Part shown: positions 44,559 to 56,920 of the stretch, piece after piece
Layout of the letters: each line of letters starts with the position of its first letter
Numbering within the stretch: position 1 is the first letter of the stretch
Assembly: GCA_965215365.1 (NCBI GenBank)
Contig: CBDCDS010000003.1
Location: forward strand, 1,792,001 to 1,856,000
Source of the DNA: Gammaproteobacteria bacterium
Lineage (GTDB): Bacteria > Pseudomonadota > Gammaproteobacteria > Eutrophobiales > Eutrophobiaceae
Direction of reading: 5' to 3'
DNA: 64,000 nucleotides
Notes under the pieces: generated by a model
Databases searched by the model: none
What the model was told of the DNA's origin: nothing
What the model saw: only the letters and a program-made list of their open reading frames with translations
Program-made: the position numbers and the translations under genes

Positions 44559-45656
44559 ATGCCGCACGCCGTTCTCGTTCATATCAATTTTCAAAATCCG
44601 AGTTATAACGAGGAGCTGCGCGAGTTTGTGCAGTTGACCGAATCTTCCGGGCTGCTTCCGGCCGAGACGATTACCGGCAGCCGCGCCCGCCCGGATGCAC
44701 GGTTTTTCATCGGTTCCGGCAAAATGGAGCAGATCAAGCAAGCCGCCGCTTTGCATGAAGCGGGTATCGTGATCTTCAATCATGGATTATCGCCAGCTCA
44801 GGAACGCAACTTAGAGCGGGAGATACATTGCCGGGTGCTGGATCGGGTCGGGCTGATTCTGGATATTTTCTCCCAGCGCGCCAGAACCTACGAGGGCAAG
44901 TTGCAGGTGGAGCTGGCGCAGCTGCAGCATTTGTCCACGCGTCTGGTACGAGGCTGGTCACATCTGGAGCGGCAGAAAGGCGGTATCGGGCTGAGGGGTC
45001 CCGGTGAAACCCAGCTGGAGACAGATCGACGCCTGCTCGGTAAGCGCATCAAAACGATCCGTGCCCGGCTCGACAAGGTGAAAAGCCGCCGCGAGCAGGG
45101 GCGCCGACTGCGTCAACGTAACCAGATTCCCGTGGTCTCTCTGGTAGGTTACACCAATGCCGGCAAATCCACCTTGTTCAACCGCTTGACCGGCGCTGAT
45201 GTATATTGCGCCGACCAGCTGTTTGCCACCTTGGACCCCACCATCAGGAGAGCCCGGGTCGCTGCCGACCTGTCGGTATTGTTGAGCGATACGGTAGGAT
45301 TTATCCGCCATATCCCGCACCATCTGGTGGCCTCGTTTCATGCTACCTTAGATGAGATAAAAAGCGCGAATTTATTGTTACATGTGGTTGATATAAATGA
45401 TGATCACCACACGCGCATCGACGAAGTAAACCAAGTGATAGCGGCACTGGACGCGACCTCCATCCCGCAGCTGCTGGTCTTTAACAAAACCGATCTGGTG
45501 GAAAACGGGATAAGTAACGACGCGCGGGCAGCGGGCGCGCACAATGGCATCGATGGCGCCGGCGCCCGCGCCTGGGTTTCAGCCCGCACCGGCGCCGGCC
45601 TCCCGGAGTTAAAGTGCCTGATCCGGCAGGCGTTGGTTCCTGCGGCACCCGCCTGA
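44559..45656 (+). CDS. hflX: Ribosome rescue GTPase HflX
   Basis: LSPAQERNLE, EGKLQVELAQL, RGPGETQLETDRR, GYTNAGKST, LFATLDPT, DTVGF. Confidence 0.97.
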   Translation: MPHAVLVHINFQNPSYNEELREFVQLTESSGLLPAETITGSRARPDARFFIGSGKMEQIKQAAALHEAGIVIFNHGLSPAQERNLEREIHCRVLDRVGLILDIFSQRARTYEGKLQVELAQLQHLSTRLVRGWSHLERQKGGIGLRGPGETQLETDRRLLGKRIKTIRARLDKVKSRREQGRRLRQRNQIPVVSLVGYTNAGKSTLFNRLTGADVYCADQLFATLDPTIRRARVAADLSVLLSDTVGFIRHIPHHLVASFHATLDEIKSANLLLHVVDINDDHHTRIDEVNQVIAALDATSIPQLLVFNKTDLVENGISNDARAAGAHNGIDGAGARAWVSARTGAGLPELKCLIRQALVPAAPA

Positions 45657-45770
45657 TGGCGCCTCGTTTGCAGACATACATCGCAAAAATGCCACGGAAG
45701 GCATTTTTGGAAGTTTCATCGAATCTTGTGGTAAACTGTGCCGGTTTTTTGACTACCTGAGGTAAATCGT

Positions 45771-46928
45771 ATGGCCTGGAATGAACCGCCGGACAACAAG
45801 GGGCAGGACCCTTGGGGTAACCGGAGCCGGAAAGGGGACGGCCCGCCTGACCTAGATGACATTGTGCGTAAAATGCAGGAAGGCTTTGGCAGCTTGTTTG
45901 GCGGCAAGTCCCCCAAGTCCGCCAAATCCAAATCCGAAAAAGGCGGCGGCTTTCCCTTCGCCTGGCTGATCGCAGTCATCGTCTTGGTGCTGTTGCTGTT
46001 GGTGGACATCACCTATCTGGTGGACCAGCAGGAACGCGGCGTGGTGATGCGTTTCGGGAATTATGAGAGAATCCTGCAACCGGGTCTGAATTTTACTTTC
46101 CCCAGTGTCATCGACCGCGTGGTCATCGTCAATGTCGGCCAGGTGCGTTCCATCACGCACAAGGCCGCTATGCTGACTCAGGATGAAAACATTGTGGATG
46201 TGGAAGTCGCAGTACAGTGGCGCATCAACGATCCGGCGGACTTCATTTTCAACGTCAAGGACCCGGCCTTGACCCTGCGCCAGGTGGCGGAGAGCGCAGT
46301 GCGCGCCATCATCGGGCAGAGTGTGCTGGATTACGTGCTGACCGAGGGCCGTAGCGAGATTGCCCAGACTCAACAGGAACTCATGCAGAGAATCCTGAAT
46401 GATGACTATCAGGCCGGCATTCTTATCGTCACTGTGGAAATGCAGCCGGCCAAGCCGCCGGAACAGGTCAAGGCCGCCTTTGATGACGCCATCAAGGCCC
46501 GGGAGGATGAGCAGCGTTTAGTCAACGAAGCGGAGGCTTATCGCAATGACATCCTGCCCCGGGCGCGCGGCGCCGCGGCGCGGGTACGCGAGGAGGCGAA
46601 TGCGTACAAGGCCTCGGTCATCGCCAGGTCTGAAGGTGATGCAGCCCGGTTTGAGCAACTGTTGGCCGAATATGAGCAGGCGCCGGAAATCACCCGCAAG
46701 CGGCTGTATCTGGAGTCCATCGAGGCGGTGTTGTCCAGTACGAACAAGGTGTTACTGGACGCAGAGAGCAGCAACAGCCTGATGTACCTGCCGTTGGACA
46801 AGCTCATGCAGTCACGCAGTTCCGGCTCTTTGAACCTGCCCCGGGAACTTAACAACGACGGTGCCGCGTCGCAGACGGCAAGAGAGATTGCCGAGCGCGC
46901 GGCCAACCGAGTGCGAGGAGTGAGATGA
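45771..46928 (+). CDS. hflK: FtsH modulator HflK
   Basis: MAWNEP...DPWG...GPPDLD, MLTQDENIV, AFDDAIKARED. Confidence 0.97.
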   Translation: MAWNEPPDNKGQDPWGNRSRKGDGPPDLDDIVRKMQEGFGSLFGGKSPKSAKSKSEKGGGFPFAWLIAVIVLVLLLLVDITYLVDQQERGVVMRFGNYERILQPGLNFTFPSVIDRVVIVNVGQVRSITHKAAMLTQDENIVDVEVAVQWRINDPADFIFNVKDPALTLRQVAESAVRAIIGQSVLDYVLTEGRSEIAQTQQELMQRILNDDYQAGILIVTVEMQPAKPPEQVKAAFDDAIKAREDEQRLVNEAEAYRNDILPRARGAAARVREEANAYKASVIARSEGDAARFEQLLAEYEQAPEITRKRLYLESIEAVLSSTNKVLLDAESSNSLMYLPLDKLMQSRSSGSLNLPRELNNDGAASQTAREIAERAANRVRGVR

Positions 46929-47791
46929 CCCTACTGAGAATTATTCTACCCATTGCCCTGCTGGCCATAGTCGCTTATTTCTCACTGTTCAGAGTGCAGG
47001 AGTACGAGCAGGCCATTGTGTTCCAGTTCCGGGAAATCCAGCGGTCTGACTATGAACCGGGACTGCATGTCATGATCCCTATCGTCAATACCGTGAAGAA
47101 ATTTGAGAAACGCCTGCTGAACCTGGACCAGGAACCGCAGCGTTTCCTCACGGTGGAGAAAAAGGATCTGATTGTCGATTACTATGCAAAATGGCGTATT
47201 TCCGATGTCGAGAAGTTTTACGTGGCCACGCGCGGCGGCGATATTGATTACGCCAACGGCCTGCTGGGGCAGCGCATCAACCGCGCCTTGCGTGACGAGT
47301 TCGGTAAACGCACGGTGCAGGAAGTCGTGGCCGGAGAGCGTGGCGAGATCCTGGATGTGGTTGAGAGCACCACCGAGCAGCTGCAGGATGAGCTGGGCAT
47401 CACCATTGCTGATGTCAGGACCAAGCGTATCGATCTGCCTGAAGATGTGAGTGAATCAGTTTACGACCGGATGCGCGCCGAGCGCACCCGGGTGGCCAAG
47501 GACTTCCGCGCGCGGGGGGAAGAGGCGGCTGAGAAAATTCGGGCCAATGCCGATCGAGAACGGGAAATTATCCTGGCTGACGCCTATAAAGACGCAGAGA
47601 CCGTACGCGGCGAGGGCGATGCCCGCGCCACCGAGATCTACGCCGGCGCGTACGGGAAAAACCAGGGGTTTTACACGCTGTATCGCAGTCTGAATGCGTA
47701 CCGCACCAGTTTCAGCAACAACAGCGACATTCTGCTGCTTGAACCGGATTCTGATTTTTTCAAATATTTCAACAATCCCCAGGGTGACTGA
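46925..47791 (+). CDS. hflC: FtsH modulator HflC
   Basis: SPFH domain, FLTVEKKDLIVD, VYDRMRAER, PDSDFFKYF. Confidence 0.97.
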   Translation: MTLLRIILPIALLAIVAYFSLFRVQEYEQAIVFQFREIQRSDYEPGLHVMIPIVNTVKKFEKRLLNLDQEPQRFLTVEKKDLIVDYYAKWRISDVEKFYVATRGGDIDYANGLLGQRINRALRDEFGKRTVQEVVAGERGEILDVVESTTEQLQDELGITIADVRTKRIDLPEDVSESVYDRMRAERTRVAKDFRARGEEAAEKIRANADREREIILADAYKDAETVRGEGDARATEIYAGAYGKNQGFYTLYRSLNAYRTSFSNNSDILLLEPDSDFFKYFNNPQGD

Positions 47792-47820
47792 CCGGGCGCG
47801 CCCGGCATGGAGCAGCCGCC

Positions 47821-48006
47821 ATGTGGACCGAACTGCTGAGCGCGCTTGCGCTGGTTTTGATCCTGGAAGGGCTCATGCCGTTCCTGCATCCGAACTGGAT
47901 TAAACGCATGTTCCTGGCGGCTTCACAACTGGACAATAACAGTCTGCGCTTCATCGGAGTAAGCAGTATGCTGCTGGGTGTGGCGCTGTTATACCTCGTG
48001 CGCTGA
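47821..48006 (+). CDS. DUF2065 (YjeT-like) small membrane protein
   Basis: ALALVLILEGLMPFLHP..W; conserved position after hflC. Confidence 0.9.
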   Translation: MWTELLSALALVLILEGLMPFLHPNWIKRMFLAASQLDNNSLRFIGVSSMLLGVALLYLVR

Positions 48007-48035
48007 GGCGCGGGTCAGTCTGAGGGCGGTATAAC

Positions 48036-50506
<2,471 letters not shown>

Positions 50507-50652
50507 AGTAGTGTCAACCAGAAAAGACGCCCGGCACATGACGTTAAACTTTGCAACCTGATGGGGGTAGGGTATTGAAGCGGTACGGTAGATACGGCGA
50601 TTTATCATGTTGTAAAAATGGCATCATAATGCATGTTTTACAACGTCTTATT

Positions 50653-50920
50653 GTAACTACTCCCCCCGTTCGTTATTCCTGCTCTCCTCAACGTCACTCA
50701 TTGCGTCCCTCCCTAGACGCAACCCTGCGGGCAGCTATCGCTGTGCAAATCGGCTATCTTGCCGATTTGTCCTGCGAATGCAGGAAGCCAGTCAATCAAA
50801 CAGTCGCTTGCGACACCTTATAAAGTATCCCTTCGGGACTTTATCTGTTTCGGACAGATTTGTAAGGCGCCTTTATGCCATTCGCTTCAGCGTAAAGTCC
50901 CGGCGGGGACTTTGACTGAA
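50653..50920. repeat. Composite hairpin region: IS66-type MITE left end, four-hairpin module, UUCG hairpin cluster
   Basis: GTAACTACTCCCCCC at 50653 resembling the 38066 MITE; module at 50701-50771; further stems at 50811-50920. Confidence 0.7.
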
Positions 50921-51007
50921 CGGAGAGTTGACAAAGTATTGGACAAGGAGTAATATTGTTGTCCTTTATGAGTAAACGCTTGCACAAACCACCACGAGGA
51001 ATTTCCA

Positions 51008-51786
51008 ATGACTTTACCACGTAGCGTTCTCATTCTGTTACTCACTTCTGTCGCGCTCATTACCGCAAGCTACGGCGACCCCGTTGAAGGGGGTGCCACT
51101 GGGCTGATGGAAATGGTTGACATCCCCGCTGGCACGTTTCGGATGGGGGGGATAAGCTTTCCAGTCAGAAACCCACCCATAGCGTCACGGTGCCGGCTTT
51201 CAAGCTCAGCAAGCACGAAGTCACCTTTGCCCAATGGGATGCCTGTGTGGCGGATGGGGGCTGTAACGGTTACAGCCCGGATGATGAAGGCTGGGGTCGT
51301 AGCAACCGCCCGGTTATCAATGTCTCTTGGAATGATGTGCAATCCTTCATAGTCTGGCTGAACGCCAGAACCGGCGGCAATTACCGCCTGCCCACGGAGG
51401 CGGAGTGGGAACATGCGGCCCGAGCCGGCGCAATCACGGCGTACAGCTGGGGAAACAACATCGGCAGCAACCGGGCGAACTGTGATGATGATTGCGGCGA
51501 CTTGCATGAATACACCGCCCCGGTAGGCAGCTTCCCGGTCAATCCTTGGGGTCTGCACGACATGCACGGCAACGTGTGGGAGTGGGTGCAGGATTGCTGG
51601 AATGGTAGTTATAAAGGCGCCCCGACGGACGGCAGCGCCTGGATAAGCGGCGATTGTAGCCGGCGCGTGATTCGGGGCGGCTCCTGGGGTATCGGTGCGT
51701 GGGACCTGCGTTCCGCCTACCGCTACGGGGACGTCCGCACATTCCGCGGCAACGACATCGGCTTTCGTTTGGTCCAGTACAAGTAG
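51008..51786 (+). pseudogene. Secreted FGE-sulfatase (SUMF1/CLec-fold) protein, frameshifted at a G7 tract
   Basis: Signal peptide + MVDIPAGTFRMG in frame of 51008; EVTFAQW, RPVINVSW, RLPTEAEWE, GLHDMHGNVWEW, RGGSW, IGFRL in frame of 51190; one extra G at 51145-51151 joins them. Confidence 0.85.
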
Positions 51787-52091
51787 AACGAGCACAGGAC
51801 GCCTGTCAGTTGCTTCGGGTTACTCATATCACCCGGTGGCGTTGTCTATGTCTTGGAGTGTGTGACACGTTTCGATGACGGTTGTCGGAGTTACCCTGGG
51901 TAATACCTGATAGGCCGACAATTCGGGTTGTCCGGATGCCTGTAGGTTAAAAAAGCTGACGCTGGCGCCGGTGTCGGCGGGCCGGTTGACACGCCAGAAT
52001 TCAAGTATTCCCAAGTCACCATTATAACAAATTGCCACTGTGGCATGGGTGTTGTTGAGGTGGGCATGTATTTCCCTTCGCTCAGGGGAAA

Positions 52092-52178
52092 TGGTGCCGA
52101 GGAAAGGACTTGAACCTTCACGGGGTTACCCCCACTAGCACCTGAAGCTAGCGCGTCTACCAATTCCGCCACCTCGGC
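52092..52178 (-). tRNA. tRNA-Leu (anticodon CAG)
   Basis: Reverse complement GCCGAGG..., anticodon arm CTAGC-TTCAGGT-GCTAG, variable arm, GTTCAAGTC, CCA. Confidence 0.97.
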
Positions 52179-52293
52179 AGGGTGGTGACTGTTGCAGGGA
52201 ATGTTATCACCTGCAAGCAGTACTGGTGTAGAATCAGATTTTTGAAGATGACGGACTTTACCGCTAGCGGCGAGGGCTGTCAATGGATCTTGC

Positions 52294-54429
52294 ATGGGAA
52301 AGAAAAAAAGTAGCGAGAAGTACCTAGTCTCAATCCCCGAACGAGCTGAGATCTTAGAGTTTTTACAACGTTCGGGCGTGCCGCTGCAACTTGTGGACAT
52401 CGCCCAGGCGCTTGACGTGAACAGCTCAGCCGAGCGTGCGGCATTGAGCAAGCGCCTCAAGGCCATGTTGCGGGACGGGCAGCTGGTCCGCAACCGCCGC
52501 GAGGGTTACGGCCTGTTGGACAAGATGGACCTGGTGGCCGGGCGCGTCATCGGTCATGCCGACGGCTATGGTTTCTTCCGCCCCGAGCAAGGCGGTGATG
52601 ACCTGTTCCTGTCCACGCAGCAGATGCGCCGGGTGTTGCATGGCGACCACGTGGTGGTGCGTTACGGCGGCTACGACCGGCGCAATCGCCGCGAAGCGGT
52701 CATTGTGGAGGTGCTTGAACATGTCAACCACAAGGTCGTGGGGCGCTTTTACAAGGAAGGTGGCGTTGCCTTTGTCGTTCCTGACAACAAACATCTGCAT
52801 CAGGACATTCTGGTGCCGCCGCAGCGGCGCAAAAAGGCAAAATCCGGTCAATTTGTCGTGGTTGAGATCACGCATCAACCCGATAAGCATACCCAGCCGC
52901 AGGGTAAGGTCGTCGAGGTGCTGGGTCATGCCGGTTCCGTTGATATGGCCACGGAAATTGCCCTACGCGCCTATCAGATTCCCCATCAGTGGCCGGACGA
53001 AGTCACCGCGGAACTGGCGGCGCTGAAGAGGAAACCGACGCCAAAGGGGCGGCAAAACCTGCGTAACCTGCCACTGGTGACCATAGACGGTGAGGACGCC
53101 CGGGATTTTGACGACGCAGTCTATTGCGAAAAACAGGCGCGGCAGTGGCGCCTGGTGGTCGCCATCGCCGATGTGTCGCACTACGTAAAACCCGGCACGG
53201 CCCTGGACCGGGCCGCCCATGAACGGGGCAACTCCGTCTATTTTCCCAACCGCGTCGTGCCCATGCTGCCGGAACTGCTTTCCAACGACCTTTGTTCTCT
53301 TAAACCGAACACCGATCGGCTGGCCATGGTCTGCGATCTGCGTATCGGCAAAGCCGGGCAAATCAAAAAATATTACCTGTACCCGGCTGTTATCCGCTCC
53401 CGAGCCAGACTCACCTACAATCAGGTCAGCGCTATCCTGAACGGCAATGATAGCACCAACAACGACCCTGCCGGCAACCTTGCCACCCTTGCGCCCCACC
53501 TTAAGGACCTGCACGAGTTGTTTCGTATCATGCGTGCCCATCGGCAGCAGCAGGGACTGCTGGACTTTTCCTCCAGTGAAATCAGGATGTATTTTGATGA
53601 GCAGGGCAACGTCAGCGATATCCGTGCGCTGGAGCGCAATGATGCCCACAAAATCATCGAGGAATTCATGCTTGCGGCCAATGTTTCGGTGGCACAGTTT
53701 CTGCTGGAGCAGAAGCTCCCCTGTGTGTTCCGCAACCACGGCGCGCCCAACCAGGAAAAGCTCAACGACCTGGGCCGCTTCCTGGCTGATTTTAACCTGG
53801 AACTGGGGGGCGGGCTGGACCCCACCGCCAAGGATTATGCCGATTTGTTGGCGCTGGTCGCCACCCGGGAAGATCGCCACCTGATCGAGACAGTGTTGTT
53901 GCGCAGTATGCCGCTGGCCGTGTACGAAGGCAGAAATCTGGGTCATTTCGGGTTGGCATTTGCGCACTACGCGCATTTTACCTCACCGATCCGACGCTAT
54001 CCTGACCTGCTGGTGCACCGCGCCCTGCGCCACCTCCTGGAAAATGCTGACTACGGCTACAATAACAGCGACGCACACCAGCTCGGCGCGCATTTTTCCA
54101 TGACTGAACGCCGCGCCGAGGAGGCGGTGCGCGACGTTATCGCGCGCATGAAGTGTGAGTTTATGCAGGACAAGACCGGCGGTGTTTATGATGGCATTAT
54201 CTCCGGCGTGACCGGTTTCGGCCTGTTTGTGGAACTCGACGGTATTTATGTTGAAGGCCTGCTGCATATCTCCGCGCTGCCCACCGATTACTATCACTTT
54301 GATCCCATTGCGCATTCACTGGCAGGAGAACGTTCGGGCCGAAAGTTCTTTCTGGGAGACCGGCTCAGAATCAGTGTGCTGAGCGTCAGGGTGGATGAGA
54401 AAAAAATCGACTTTGAATACGTTGCCTGA
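52294..54429 (+). CDS. rnr: Ribonuclease R
   Basis: GHADGYGF, VTIDGEDARDFDDAV, VAIADVSHYV, IEEFMLAAN, HFTSPIRRYPDL, S1 domain. Confidence 0.97.
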   Translation: MGKKKSSEKYLVSIPERAEILEFLQRSGVPLQLVDIAQALDVNSSAERAALSKRLKAMLRDGQLVRNRREGYGLLDKMDLVAGRVIGHADGYGFFRPEQGGDDLFLSTQQMRRVLHGDHVVVRYGGYDRRNRREAVIVEVLEHVNHKVVGRFYKEGGVAFVVPDNKHLHQDILVPPQRRKKAKSGQFVVVEITHQPDKHTQPQGKVVEVLGHAGSVDMATEIALRAYQIPHQWPDEVTAELAALKRKPTPKGRQNLRNLPLVTIDGEDARDFDDAVYCEKQARQWRLVVAIADVSHYVKPGTALDRAAHERGNSVYFPNRVVPMLPELLSNDLCSLKPNTDRLAMVCDLRIGKAGQIKKYYLYPAVIRSRARLTYNQVSAILNGNDSTNNDPAGNLATLAPHLKDLHELFRIMRAHRQQQGLLDFSSSEIRMYFDEQGNVSDIRALERNDAHKIIEEFMLAANVSVAQFLLEQKLPCVFRNHGAPNQEKLNDLGRFLADFNLELGGGLDPTAKDYADLLALVATREDRHLIETVLLRSMPLAVYEGRNLGHFGLAFAHYAHFTSPIRRYPDLLVHRALRHLLENADYGYNNSDAHQLGAHFSMTERRAEEAVRDVIARMKCEFMQDKTGGVYDGIISGVTGFGLFVELDGIYVEGLLHISALPTDYYHFDPIAHSLAGERSGRKFFLGDRLRISVLSVRVDEKKIDFEYVA

Positions 54430-55196
54430 TGCCCGGGAAAAAAATAGAGACCATTTTTGGTTATCACGCCGTCAGGCATGTCTTGTCCAAACGACCCCAT
54501 GACGTACTGGAAATTTTTATCGCAGATAACAAACTGCGTTCAGTCAGGATGGATGTTCTATTGCGTGCCGTTGACGCTGCCTCAATTTCAATCCAATATA
54601 TCTCACCCCGGAAATTAAACCGGTTGACCGGAATAAATAATCATCAGGGAATCGCGGCAAGATGCCGCGCAGTCAGTGCAGACAAACAGATGACGATCGA
54701 TGATTTATGCGCAGGAAATCTGGATGAATCTTCAGTTATACTGGTGTTGGACAGAGTCACGGACCCGCATAACCTGGGCGCATGCATCAGGACGGCAGAC
54801 GCAGCTGGTGTCAATGCGGTGGTTTTGCCGAGAGACCATAGCGCGCCGTTAAATGCAACAGTTAATAAAGTGGCCAGCGGTGCGCTGGAGAGTATGGACG
54901 TCATTACAGTAACAAACCTTGCGCGCTGCCTGAGACAACTGCGCGCAGCAGGCTGTGAGGTAATCGGCGCTGCCGACGATGCGGATACAAGCATTTACAA
55001 GATTGAAGTGACGTTTCCACTGGCGCTGGTCATGGGGTCAGAAGAAGAAGGAATGCGTCAGAATACCCGTAATCATTGCGATCAGCTTGTGAAAATTCCG
55101 ATGTATGGCTCAGTCGAAAGTCTGAACCTCTCAGTGGCCGCCGGCGTGTGCTTGTATGGACTCCGGCGACATACAGCTGATTTATTGATCACTTGA
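54429..55196 (+). CDS. rlmB: 23S rRNA G2251 2'-O-methyltransferase
   Basis: GYHAV, HQGI, LDRVTDPHNLGACIR, MGSEEEG, VESLNLSVA. Confidence 0.95.
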   Translation: MPGKKIETIFGYHAVRHVLSKRPHDVLEIFIADNKLRSVRMDVLLRAVDAASISIQYISPRKLNRLTGINNHQGIAARCRAVSADKQMTIDDLCAGNLDESSVILVLDRVTDPHNLGACIRTADAAGVNAVVLPRDHSAPLNATVNKVASGALESMDVITVTNLARCLRQLRAAGCEVIGAADDADTSIYKIEVTFPLALVMGSEEEGMRQNTRNHCDQLVKIPMYGSVESLNLSVAAGVCLYGLRRHTADLLIT

Positions 55197-55627
55197 AACC
55201 ACAACTGACAATTGAAAAGCTGAGGGATATGGCAGCTATATTTGCCGAAGATGAATCTTGTCATGACGAAGCTTCCCTTTACGGCGTAACTGACGGAAAA
55301 GCTGTGGGAACGTATCTTGAGCAGAAATTTACTATATATCTGTCAGAGAGCTATAGTTTTAAAGCGGGAAGTTCTGCCTATCAAACCACTAAAGGATTGT
55401 TGGAAATTCTTCAACGAGATGGCAATAAAGATGACATTATTGCTTTTATTGTCGATAGGAATTTACCTGTGGACGAGATAGTGGCGCGTCAGCTTGCCGA
55501 CAAAATTTTAGATACTCCGCCTAATCAAGGATATTTGACAATATCGAACGCCTTGCAATGGAGATTGCAATACAGCAGAGTCATAAAAGAAGCAGGGCAG
55601 CTGACAGGTATCTCCAAGGTTCGTTAA
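55193..55627 (+). pseudogene. Type II restriction endonuclease with apparent internal deletion
   Basis: YGVTDGKAVGTYLE and GYLTISNALQWRLQY ends of an NspV-like REase (recall); the central PD-(D/E)xK region is not visible; AT-rich. Confidence 0.6.
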
Positions 55628-55630
55628 AAA

Positions 55631-56601
55631 GTGGCCGGTAAATCATTAAATAAATGGCAGTTTGGTGACTTTCAGACACCCGCCGAGTTGGCAAATAAAG
55701 TTGTTCGAGTTCTAAAACAGAATCATAAGCTCAACCCTGATGTCATTATTGAACCGACTTGTGGAAAAGGCGCCTTCGTTCTGGCGTCTTGCAATGAGTT
55801 TAAGAGCTCTCGTATTCTTGGCTTTGACATAAATCCCAATTATAAGGACAAGACCCAAGGAGCGTTTGGCGTTCAGGAATTAAACATGATTGTGCAAAAG
55901 TTATGGAGCTGGAACCGGTCAATGGTGGCTATAAAAATGGCTTGGACGAGTTCATCAAGTGTGAAGATGATTATCTATACCCACTTCTGAAAGGTTCGGA
56001 CATAGGAAACGGAAGAATCTCTTCCTATAGGAAAGTAGCTCTGGTAACTCAAAGAGCTATTGGGGAGGATACTTCACAGATAGAGGATATAGCTCCTAAG
56101 ACCTGGCAGTATTTAATTGAACACAAGGAATACTTGGATAGAAGAAGAAGTTCAATATACAAAAACAAACCGGATTTCTCTGTATTCGGGGTCGGACCTT
56201 ATTCGTTCAAGCAATGGAAAATTGTTATATCCGGGTTATATAAAAGATTAAAATTTAATGTTGTCGGGCTATTAGACGGAAAGGCTGTGGTTTTTGATGA
56301 TACCGTGAACTTTCTGTCTTTCGATTCGGAAGAAGAAGCAAGGTTTATTTATCGTCTTATCAGCTCTGTTCCTGCTACAGAGTTTCTGGAGTCGATGATA
56401 TTCTGGGATGAGAAAAGGCCTGTTACAGTGGAAATTCTAAGAAGGCTGTCACTAAAAGAAGTGGCGAGAGAACTGGGTGAAATTGAACAGTACAGAGGGT
56501 GGGTACAGCCAGCCAACCATATTGGGCAGGTGGAGCTTGCAATCGCTGAAAGAAGAGCAACGTATAAAACTGAAGAAGTCTGTCGGCGTGAATTGAAATG
56601 A
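55631..56601 (+). pseudogene. N6-adenine DNA methyltransferase (NspV-like) with internal deletion and frameshift
   Basis: GDFQTP and IEPTCGKGAF, GFDIN in 55631 frame; YPLLKGSD, RRSSIY, FSVFGVGPYSF, WKIVISGLYK in 55903 frame; no NPPW/NPPY motif left. Confidence 0.72.
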
Positions 56602-56683
56602 CAGAAGATTCTCATTGTTCTTGTCTGATATTGGAGTATGTCACATAATCTCGTAACACGACCAACGAACAGGAGAAAAGATC

Positions 56684-56920
56684 ATGACTGAACCGGATTG
56701 CCCGCAGAAGTATCCATATCCGATTGAGCTTGAGCCCGGGGTTTATTACTGGTGCAAGTGCGGCCGTTCTGCCAATCAGCCATTTTGTGACGGGTCTCAC
56801 GCCGGCACCGATTTTGTGCCGCTGCGCTTTGACGTGACAGAGACACAGCAGCAATGGTTGTGCGGTTGCAAGCGCAGCAACAATGGCCATCTCTGTGACG
56901 GCTCGCACAAAGCGCTGTGA
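56684..56920 (+). CDS. CDGSH iron-sulfur domain protein (two motifs)
   Basis: WCKCGRSANQPFCDGSH and LCGCKRSNNGHLCDGSH. Confidence 0.95.
   Translation: MTEPDCPQKYPYPIELEPGVYYWCKCGRSANQPFCDGSHAGTDFVPLRFDVTETQQQWLCGCKRSNNGHLCDGSHKAL

Noticed and set aside
51891-52493. 200-aa minus-strand ORF
   Set aside because: Runs through tRNA-Leu and antisense to rnr; no protein motifs
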